This document shows positions 51,575 through 59,328 of a stretch of 64,000 nt of DNA, in pieces. The DNA lies in contig JAZJZK010000010.1 in the NCBI GenBank assembly GCA_040389905.1, positions 1-64,000 of the forward strand, in the 5' to 3' direction. The translations under genes were made by a program, and so were the position numbers. The notes beneath the pieces are model-generated. The model searched no databases. It was not told where the DNA came from and saw nothing but the letters and a program-made list of their open reading frames with translations. The DNA is from Gemmatimonadota bacterium (lineage in GTDB: Bacteria; Gemmatimonadota; Gemmatimonadetes; Gemmatimonadales; Gemmatimonadaceae). Position 1 is the first letter of the stretch. Each line of letters begins with the position of its first letter.

Positions 51575-52165
51575 ATGAAACGTTTCTTCGAGCACGCGCG
51601 ACGGCTCGCCTGGCTCGCCGCCGGCCTCCTCGGGGCGAAGCTGGTGCTGGGCATCTCCGTTCCGCTTCCCGACGCGACTGTCCTGTCGAAGTACTTCGAT
51701 GGTAGCGCTGGGCTCCTGGGGTTGTACAACCTCATCGTTGGCGGCGCGCTGGCGAAGGGATCCGCCGTCGCGCTCGGACTCATGCCGTATCTCTCCGCGC
51801 GCTCGTTCGTGTTCCTCGCGCGCGCGGCAGGCATCCGCACCAAGTCCGCCAACCGAGTCAGTGACAAGTGGTTGACGCGTGGGCTTACGGTGAGTTTCGC
51901 GATCGTTCAGGCGATCGGATACGCGCGGTTGACGCAGACGCTTCCCGGTGTGGTGAGCGAGCCAGGCGCGCTCTACATGGCGCAGATGGTTGTGATGCTC
52001 ACCTCGGTCTCGACGCTGCTGATGCTGTTCGCCGAGGAGGCGACATCCGCCGGCGAAGACGAGAAGCACGAGCCACCGCTCCTCGGCGAAGCAGCCGCTG
52101 AGCATCGGAGCGCGCGCAGGGAGCGCGATCCGCTCTACGTCTCGCACCCGACGCCGGCGCCCTGA
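51575..52165 (+). CDS. Stand-alone SecY N-terminal-half homolog (TM1-TM4 plus charged tail)
   Basis: [26 protein letters not shown] resembles SecY [42 protein letters not shown] resembles [26 protein letters not shown] resembles FLMWLGEQIT. Confidence 0.82.
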   Translation: [196 protein letters not shown]

Positions 52166-52523
52166 GCGTTTCCCATGGCGAGTTGCGCGCGTCGCCTTCG
52201 CAGGCCTGAGGAACTGCTCCATCGGCAGCGCAACAATTGGTGTTGCGGACTTGCAGCAGAACGGGGGAAAGGCATTTGGCGAACCGCGCGTGAGCGGTCG
52301 GCAAGTATATATGCGGCAACAGCTTATGTGCGTAATGCTCGCGCATGATGCATCGTACGGAACTTGCGTTTGCGCGCGTATCCCGAGTGCAAGCGCGGCG
52401 ACGCTGAACGTGACCGTACGCACAGCCATGTAGCGCAGCGCGCGGTACGTTCGGGAACTCGAGTCCCTCTGCGTCAATCTTTCGCGCGCCGAACGCGCGT
52501 CCCCCAGATTCTTCGTCTCGTCG

Positions 52524-53615
52524 ATGTCCGATAGAAGCATTGCTTTAGCACGCTGCATCGTTGCACTTGCCCTCCTCGTCGGCGTGCCGACGCGTACCAC
52601 CAACGCGCAGAGCGCAGATTTGACGGGCGATTTCGCGAGCGCCATCGTGGTGTCCGATCTCACGAACTCGTACAACAATCCGATCTACGCGGCCAGTGTG
52701 GTATCGGGCTCGAACTACAGCGGCATTGCAGTGCTCTGGTTCTACTCCTCCGGCGGAACGCTATTGTCGGGCTGCACGGGATCGAATCTTGGCGGCGGGC
52801 GCATCCTGACGGCGGCGCACTGCGTGAGCAATGGAACGAGCCTTACGTCGGCCAGTGTGAAGGCTCGATTCTATCAGGTCGGCAGTGGTTGGGTCGAGGT
52901 GACTGGCCCGGCGTCCGGATACGTCGTCAAGCCGGGGTACTCCGGCGGGGTTGTCGAAGAGAACGACGTCGCGGTGTTGAAGCTGTCGAGTTCCGCACCG
53001 TCCTTCGCGCGCTCCTACTCACTCGCCGCGGGGAACGCCCTCGGAGCAACCGAGATATTCGCGGGGTACGGGCGCACCGGGACGGGCAATACCGGTGGCA
53101 CCGTCAGCACGATTTTCACCAGCAACCCGCCGCTTCGCACGGGTCTCAACATGTTCGAGACAACGTGCATCAGCGGTAGCAGCATCACCTGTGCGACGTC
53201 GTCCAACTCCGCCTTCGGTGAGTTTGGCGGCATCCTGCTCTCCGATTTCGACCACACAGGTGCCAGCGACGCCGGCTTCATGTGCACGACGCTGCATTTT
53301 TGCGGGCTGGGCTACAGCGGGAATGAGGAGGTTACCATCGGGTCGGGTGACTCTGGCGGAGCGTCCTTCTTGTCGGACTTCTCGATCACCGGCGTCGCGT
53401 CATTCGGGCAGACCAACGGCTCCGGAATCGGCGGCTTCTTCGGTTACGTCGAGGGCCACACCTGCGTGACCTATTACGAGGCCAACGGCGGGTGCACATC
53501 GAACTACGAGTTCGTTGCTGAGCAACTCGCGCCGGAACCCGCGACGATCGTGCTGCTTGGCACTGGGTTGATCACCGCGTTTGGATTTGCTCGCCGCCGC
53601 CGGCGGGGCGCCTGA
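52524..53615 (+). CDS. Trypsin-like (S1) serine protease with PEP-CTERM anchor
   Basis: Signal peptide; catalytic triad motifs LTAAHC, DVAVLKL, GDSGG; C-terminal APEPATIVLLGTGLITAFGFARRRRR. Confidence 0.9.
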   Translation: MSDRSIALARCIVALALLVGVPTRTTNAQSADLTGDFASAIVVSDLTNSYNNPIYAASVVSGSNYSGIAVLWFYSSGGTLLSGCTGSNLGGGRILTAAHCVSNGTSLTSASVKARFYQVGSGWVEVTGPASGYVVKPGYSGGVVEENDVAVLKLSSSAPSFARSYSLAAGNALGATEIFAGYGRTGTGNTGGTVSTIFTSNPPLRTGLNMFETTCISGSSITCATSSNSAFGEFGGILLSDFDHTGASDAGFMCTTLHFCGLGYSGNEEVTIGSGDSGGASFLSDFSITGVASFGQTNGSGIGGFFGYVEGHTCVTYYEANGGCTSNYEFVAEQLAPEPATIVLLGTGLITAFGFARRRRRGA

Positions 53616-53624
53616 TCGCGCTCG

Positions 53625-54641
53625 TCAGCGCAGGGTGTCGCGCCGATCCGTGCTCGGGATTTCGCCGGCTGCGTCGTCCTTGCGGCGTTTCTGTGACTTG
53701 AAGATGAACTCCGGCGCGAGCGACACGCCAAGCAGGGTGACGGGAAGGATCTGCTGCGCTTGAATGAGAAAGGCCACGGCGATCGCCTCGTTCTTATCCA
53801 GCCCGAAGGCAACGGCGGCGGCCGCATAGGCGGCCTGAAAGAGTCCGACGTTGCCCGGTGTCGCGCGAAGCGCGAAGCCAAGGTTCACGGCGAGTAGCGC
53901 GGCGATCGTGGAGACGGTCGTCATCGGGAAGTGCGCCGCCTGCGCCGTCATCTGATACGTGGCCACCTGCAGCCCCCACGCGAGCACGCTCAGCGCGAGC
54001 GCCGCGATGAATCTCGGCCCACTCGACACCGCGCCGATCGTACCAACGAAGCGCGAACCGTACTCCTTGAGCCGACCTTGCCACGTGACCGGTTTCGGAC
54101 CAGCCACGGCCTCCACGACGTCAGGCCGTTTCAGCAGCCAGACAAGCAGGGCGCACATGCCGACCAATATCGCGATGGCGACCGGCTTCACCTTCTCCAG
54201 CGATGGAGGAAGCTCGAGGAAGGTTGCGGCGAGTGACAACATGAAGAAGTAGCCCACCAGCTCGAACAGGCGTTCGAGTGCGAGCGTCGCCAGCACCTTG
54301 GCGCTCGGGATGTGTGCGCTGCGCGAGACGAACACCACGCGTGCCGCCTCGCCACCGTTGGCCACGAGGACGTTGTTCAACCCCGCACCCGCGAACGTGG
54401 CGCGCATGGCAAGGGCCAGGGACGTCGCACCGATCGGCCGCAGGAAAACCCACCAACGCACCGCTTTCGTGACGATCGACAGGATGTTCACCAGTGCGGC
54501 CGCGAGCAGCATTGTGCGCGACGCCGACCGCATGCCCGCCCAGATTTGGTGCCAGTTGACCTTCGTCGCGAAGATGACGAGGAAAACCAGGATGACGAGC
54601 GAAAGACCGATGCGTAGCGCCCGCGACACGTTTTGCGTCAT
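53625..54641 (-). CDS. LPG_synthase_TM/UPF0104 flippase-like membrane protein
   Basis: RW...L, N..L...GGE.AR, ER..E, TPGN.G motifs; polytopic. Confidence 0.85.
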   Translation of the reverse strand: MTQNVSRALRIGLSLVILVFLVIFATKVNWHQIWAGMRSASRTMLLAAALVNILSIVTKAVRWWVFLRPIGATSLALAMRATFAGAGLNNVLVANGGEAARVVFVSRSAHIPSAKVLATLALERLFELVGYFFMLSLAATFLELPPSLEKVKPVAIAILVGMCALLVWLLKRPDVVEAVAGPKPVTWQGRLKEYGSRFVGTIGAVSSGPRFIAALALSVLAWGLQVATYQMTAQAAHFPMTTVSTIAALLAVNLGFALRATPGNVGLFQAAYAAAAVAFGLDKNEAIAVAFLIQAQQILPVTLLGVSLAPEFIFKSQKRRKDDAAGEIPSTDRRDTLR

Positions 54642-54653
54642 GCAAGCTCAAGT

Positions 54654-55340
54654 TCAGATTGGCAGTGTGGCGAAACCAAAGCCGCGGTCGCGGAGGCCTC
54701 GGATGATGCGCGGGAGCGCTTCCGCCGTTTGCATCCGGTCCCCGTCAGCGTCGTACCCGTCACCGTCGTGCAGCAGCAAGATAGAGCCCGGTCGCATTCC
54801 GTCGAGCGTTCGCCTGACGATCTCATCCGCCCCCGGTCTCGCCGAATCCCACACCCCGAGCGACCAGCCGATCGTGCGCTGGCCCAGTGAACGCGCGATC
54901 GGAGTCACCCACGGGTTGCGAAAACCATGCGGGGCGCGAAAACACCTGGGCCGAATCCCACACGCGCGCTCGATTGCCTCGGTGCCGAGCGTGAGGTCAT
55001 CACGCACGTAGGCCGGGGTTTGACGATGAAGCTTGCGGTGGCGGTACCCATGATTGCCGAGCTGATGCCCTTCATCGGCCATGCGGCGGACGAGTTCAGG
55101 CCAGCGGTCCGCGTGACGGCCGAGCACGAAGAACGTGGCTGACACCCGCTCGCGAGCCAGCACGTCGAGAATCAGCGGCGTCGCGTTGGGATTGGGTCCG
55201 TCATCGAAGGTGACGCTGACCACCGGATCATCGCCAGGGAGGCGATTGAGCACCGGGCCGAAGACCCACGAGTTGCGGTGCCAGGTGCCGTGCGCCGCGA
55301 TACCCACCGCTGCCAGGCCGGCAACTGCAGCCCCCATCAT
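54654..55340 (-). CDS. Polysaccharide deacetylase (CE4/NodB family)
   Basis: TFDDGP, ATFFV, NH..RH, FRAPHG, ILLLHD. Confidence 0.92.
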   Translation of the reverse strand: MMGAAVAGLAAVGIAAHGTWHRNSWVFGPVLNRLPGDDPVVSVTFDDGPNPNATPLILDVLARERVSATFFVLGRHADRWPELVRRMADEGHQLGNHGYRHRKLHRQTPAYVRDDLTLGTEAIERACGIRPRCFRAPHGFRNPWVTPIARSLGQRTIGWSLGVWDSARPGADEIVRRTLDGMRPGSILLLHDGDGYDADGDRMQTAEALPRIIRGLRDRGFGFATLPI

Positions 55341-56545
55341 ACGGAGATGGCGACGCGTCCCATGACGTTGTGATAGACGTCCAGCACCTGTGACGTGACG
55401 CGCGGCCAGCTGTACTTCATGCTCTCATAGCGCCCGGTCGTTCCGAGCTGGATGCGTAGACCCTCGTCATCGAGCAGTTGCACGAGTGCGTCGGCCAAGG
55501 CGTCCCGATCTCCGGACGGCGTCATGAGCGCCTCGCGCCCATTCACGACGACGTCCTGGAAGCCGAGGATGTCCGAGCAGACGATCGGCGTCTCGCAGGC
55601 CATCGATTCGAGAAGCGTGATGCCGAACGATGCCTTGGTCGTAGGGCAGGCATAGATCGAACTGTGTGCGTAGTAGCCCGGTCGTCCTTCCAATACCGCG
55701 CCGACGAACGTGATGTCCGGATCGCCTTGGGCCTGCTTGTAGTAGTGCTCACGCAGCGGACCATCTCCCACGACGACGAGCTGGGACTCGCGGCGGCGTC
55801 CCTTGACCTTGCGGAACGACTCGATCAGCGTGGTCAGTCCGTTTCTTGGGTCGAACCGGCCCAGGAAGAGAATGGACGGCACATCCTTTCGAATCTGTGG
55901 CGGTGCGGCAACGCTCGGATGAAAAACGTCCGTATCGATTCCATTCGGAATGATTTGCCACGGCGCGCTGAAATAGCGCTCCAGCGCGACCGTCGTCGAG
56001 TGCGAGACGCAGATGGCTGCGCTCAGCATTTCGAGGCGCTTCTGGAACGCCCGGTTGAACAGCTTGTAGCCGAAGGACTTGTCGAAATAGGTGTGGAATG
56101 TCCCGACAACCGGGCACTCCGCCTCTTCGATGGCGAGGAGCGGCAGCACTGGCGTCAGCGGGGAATGCACATGCACGACGTCGTAGTTGCCCTGCTTGAG
56201 GACCTTCCGCATTTCGCTCCGGAGGGTCCACCCGATGGTGATGCGTGCCTGGGAGCCATTCGCGTACACGGGCTGGCTGCGCCCAATACGAATGACATTC
56301 GGCTGCGCCTCGGCGCCGGGAAGATTCGAGGTAATGATGTCCACATGGTGCCCGCGACGGCGAGCTTCGCGGGCAAAGAAGTGGACGTGCTCGCACACGC
56401 CTCCCAGGTGCGGATAGTAATACTCCGTCACCAGCGCGATGCGCAGCGTGCGCTCATCGCGAGTCTCGGGAAGTGCAGGGAGGTTCGGCAGCGCCGGACG
56501 GCGCTTCAATGCGGCGCTACTGGACGGTGGGTTCAAGAGCGGCAT
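55337..56545 (-). CDS. GT4 glycosyltransferase (PimA-like); start uncertain
   Basis: YYP..GGV, VHVHSP, IPNGID, FLGR, SFGITLLESMA. Confidence 0.88.
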   Translation of the reverse strand: MPLLNPPSSSAALKRRPALPNLPALPETRDERTLRIALVTEYYYPHLGGVCEHVHFFAREARRRGHHVDIITSNLPGAEAQPNVIRIGRSQPVYANGSQARITIGWTLRSEMRKVLKQGNYDVVHVHSPLTPVLPLLAIEEAECPVVGTFHTYFDKSFGYKLFNRAFQKRLEMLSAAICVSHSTTVALERYFSAPWQIIPNGIDTDVFHPSVAAPPQIRKDVPSILFLGRFDPRNGLTTLIESFRKVKGRRRESQLVVVGDGPLREHYYKQAQGDPDITFVGAVLEGRPGYYAHSSIYACPTTKASFGITLLESMACETPIVCSDILGFQDVVVNGREALMTPSGDRDALADALVQLLDDEGLRIQLGTTGRYESMKYSWPRVTSQVLDVYHNVMGRVAISV

Positions 56546-59189
56546 GTGCAGCGGCTAGGCGGGCGATCGGTACCCTGAAGGGAGAGCAAGACACGTAGTC
56601 GAGACCGATGTCGTGGCAGAATCTGACACTACGCGGCTCACCACCATGTTCCCCGCAGATACCGACCTTGAGCTGCGGTCGCACGCTTCTTCCGGCGGCG
56701 ACTGCCAGCTTAATAAGACGTCCAACCCCCGATTGGTCAAGGACTTGGAACGGGTCGTCTGGAAAAATCCCGCGATCGATGTACCCGGGCAGAAAACGCC
56801 CGGCGTCGTCGCGGCTGAGTCCGAAGGTCGTTTGCGTCAGATCGTTGGTGCCGAAGGAAAAGAATTCCGCGCTGCGAGCGATCTCGTCCGCAGTCAACGC
56901 GGCTCTCGGCAGCTCGATCATCGTACCGATGGTGTAGTCGAGATCCTCTCCCATCGCCCCGAGGACTTGCTGGGCCGAGCGCTTCAGGATAGCGCGTTGG
57001 TTGTCGAATTCTCGAAAGTCGGCAACCAGGGGAATCATGATCTCAGGACGGACATCCACCCCTCTTCGTTTCGCACGGAGTGCCGCCTCGAAGATGGCGC
57101 GTCCCTGCATTTCCGTTATTTCGGGAAACGTGATGCCGAGCCGGCACCCGCGGTGACCCAGCATGGGGTTCGTTTCCCTGAGTGACTCCACGACATGCGC
57201 GAGCTCCGCGCGACTCACGCCGAGCGTTCGCGCAAGCAGCTTGGATTCCTCGCCACCGTGCGGAAGGAACTCGTGCAGCGGTGGATCCAGGAGGCGGATG
57301 GTGACGGGAAGCCCGGCCATCGCCTCGAAGATTCCCTCGAAGTCGGTGCGCTGCATGGGCAGCAACTTGGTGAGCGCGCGACGCCTGCCGCCTTCGTCCT
57401 TCGCGACGATCATCTCGCGCATCGCGGTGATGCGATCGCCTTCGAAGAACATATGCTCGGTGCGGCAGAGGCCGATTCCTTCGGCGCCGAACGCGCGAGC
57501 GATGCGCGCGTCGTGCGGTGTGTCAGCGTTGGCGCGCACGCGCAACGTGCGTACGTCGTCTGCCCACCCCATGAGGCGCTCGTACGACCGGTACGCAGGC
57601 GCGGTCCGCGGATGTCGCATGCCGCGCGTCACCTGCACGACCTCGCTCGGCGTTGTTGGGAGGTTTCCCTGATACACCGATCCCGTCGCGCCATCCAGCG
57701 TGAGCCAGTCGCCCTCGTTGACGGTGACGCCATGCATTGTGCATGCGCGGCGGTCATGATCGACGACCATGTCGCGACAGCCCACGACGGCGCATTTCCC
57801 CATGCCCCGTGCGACGACTGCGGCGTGGCTGGTCATGCCGCCACGAGCGGTGAGCACAGCGCGCGCGGCGACGATGCCGTGGAAATCCTCCGGCGTCGTT
57901 TCTTCGCGAATGAGAATCACGGCATCACCTGCAGCGGCGCGCCGCTCGGCTTCGTCGGGATCGAAAACGGCGATGCCGCTCGCCGCGCCGGGACTGGCCG
58001 GTAAGCCCGTCGCGATGACCGTCGCCCGCACGGAGGGATCGATAACTGGATGCAGGAGTTGTTCGAGCTGGTCAGCGGGTACGCGAAGTACCGCCTCGCG
58101 CTGGCCGATCAGTCCTTCCTCCACCATCTCCGTGGCAATGCGCACGGCTGCGGCCGCTGTGCGTTTGCCGGATCGGGTTTGCAGGAGGTAGAGCTTCCCG
58201 CGTTCGACGGTGAACTCGATGTCCTGCATGTCGCCGTAGTGCCGCTCGAGCTGGTCCTGCGTCTCGAGGAGCGCGTGATAGGCGACGGGGAGCTGCTCAG
58301 CCATGGTGTCGATGGTCAGCGGCGTGCGAATGCCGGCGACGACGTCTTCACCCTGGGCGTTGATCAAAAACTCGCCGTAGAACTTCCGTTCCCCGGTGCT
58401 CGGGTTGCGGGTGAACGCGACGCCCGTGCCCGAGTCGTCTCCGAGGTTGCCGAACACCATACTGACGACGTTGACGCCAGTGCCAAGATCATCGGCGATA
58501 TTGGCGTGTCGGCGATAGTCGACGGCCTTCTTCAGGGTCCACGACTTCCACACGGCTTCGATGGCACCCCAGAGCTGCTCGACGGGCTGCATCGGGAAGG
58601 CACGCGCGGTCGTCGAGCGCACGAGCGATTTGTATTCCTCGACGAGATTGCGGAGTGTCTCCTCACTCAGTTCCGAATCGCTCTCGACGCCGGCGGTCAT
58701 CCGCTTCGACGCGAGGAGGTGCTCGAACTTGTGATGCGGTACGCCGAGGACGACGTCGCCGTACATCTGGATGAACCGGCGATACGAGTCGTAGGCGAAG
58801 CGCGCGTTCCCGCTCGCCTTGGCAAGGCCCGAGACCGTTCGGTCGTTGAGGCCAAGGTTGAGGATGGTCTCCATCATGCCGGGCATCGACACCGGCGCGC
58901 CGCTCCGCACCGACACCAAGAGGGGCATGGCCGGATCGCCGAACTTCTTGCCGCTGATTTCTTCGAGCCGGGCGAGATTCTGCTCGACGTCGTGCTTGAG
59001 CTGGTCGGGGATTGCTCCGTCTTTCAGGTACGCGATGCAGACGTCGCACGCGATCGTGAACCCGGGAGGCACCGGCACGCCGAGGTTGGTCATCTCGGCG
59101 AGGTTTGCACCTTTGCCGCCAAGAATGGCCTTCATGTCCTTGGTGCCTTCGGCGGTGCCGTTCCCGAAGAAGTAGACGGAGCTCGTCAT
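56517..59189 (-). CDS. ppdK: Pyruvate, phosphate dikinase
   Basis: GGKGANLAEM, GGMTSHAAVVARG, GIGLCRTEHMF, FSFGTNDLTQ, GICGEHGG. Confidence 0.98.
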   Translation of the reverse strand: MTSSVYFFGNGTAEGTKDMKAILGGKGANLAEMTNLGVPVPPGFTIACDVCIAYLKDGAIPDQLKHDVEQNLARLEEISGKKFGDPAMPLLVSVRSGAPVSMPGMMETILNLGLNDRTVSGLAKASGNARFAYDSYRRFIQMYGDVVLGVPHHKFEHLLASKRMTAGVESDSELSEETLRNLVEEYKSLVRSTTARAFPMQPVEQLWGAIEAVWKSWTLKKAVDYRRHANIADDLGTGVNVVSMVFGNLGDDSGTGVAFTRNPSTGERKFYGEFLINAQGEDVVAGIRTPLTIDTMAEQLPVAYHALLETQDQLERHYGDMQDIEFTVERGKLYLLQTRSGKRTAAAAVRIATEMVEEGLIGQREAVLRVPADQLEQLLHPVIDPSVRATVIATGLPASPGAASGIAVFDPDEAERRAAAGDAVILIREETTPEDFHGIVAARAVLTARGGMTSHAAVVARGMGKCAVVGCRDMVVDHDRRACTMHGVTVNEGDWLTLDGATGSVYQGNLPTTPSEVVQVTRGMRHPRTAPAYRSYERLMGWADDVRTLRVRANADTPHDARIARAFGAEGIGLCRTEHMFFEGDRITAMREMIVAKDEGGRRRALTKLLPMQRTDFEGIFEAMAGLPVTIRLLDPPLHEFLPHGGEESKLLARTLGVSRAELAHVVESLRETNPMLGHRGCRLGITFPEITEMQGRAIFEAALRAKRRGVDVRPEIMIPLVADFREFDNQRAILKRSAQQVLGAMGEDLDYTIGTMIELPRAALTADEIARSAEFFSFGTNDLTQTTFGLSRDDAGRFLPGYIDRGIFPDDPFQVLDQSGVGRLIKLAVAAGRSVRPQLKVGICGEHGGEPRSVRFCHDIGLDYVSCSPFRVPIARLAAAHAALEPTVQ

Positions 59190-59209
59190 TTGTCTTTGCA
59201 AGAGCCTTA

Positions 59210-59304
59210 ACCACAGAGGACACAGAGGTCACAGAGAACAGCGCGGCTCCGGCGCACCGGACGCTTACGACGAATTCCTCTGTGACCTCTATGTCCTCTG
59301 TGGT
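59210..59304. repeat. 27-bp inverted-repeat element built from 9-bp CACAGAGGN units
   Basis: ACCACAGAGGACACAGAGGTCACAGAG (59210-59236) and CTCTGTGACCTCTATGTCCTCTGTGGT (59278-59304); one mismatch. Confidence 0.9.
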
Positions 59305-59328
59305 AAAAACGGCCGGCCGAAATGATGC

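Noticed and set aside
51375..51578. Short ORF coupled (ATGA) to the half-SecY start
   Set aside because: Overlaps the tmRNA 3' end, its terminator and the putative promoter; no coding signal
52350..52372. Sigma54 promoter upstream of the PEP-CTERM protease (TCGTACGGAACTTGC)
   Set aside because: Lacks the near-invariant GG at -24
52165..52524. Frameshifted continuation of SecY (TM5-10)
   Set aside because: I could not find a GIGNG-like motif or hydrophobic ORF by eye, and the gap is too short for the C-terminal half
51188..52678. 496-aa minus-strand ORF
   Set aside because: Runs antisense through tmRNA and the half-SecY gene; Arg-rich and has no domain signature
51426..53625. Integrative element or prophage at ssrA
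   Set aside because: I saw no integrase, phage gene or duplicated ssrA 3' end in the window
886..59304. CRISPR interpretation of the repeats
   Set aside because: Copies are dispersed palindromes, not regularly spaced direct repeats; no cas genes
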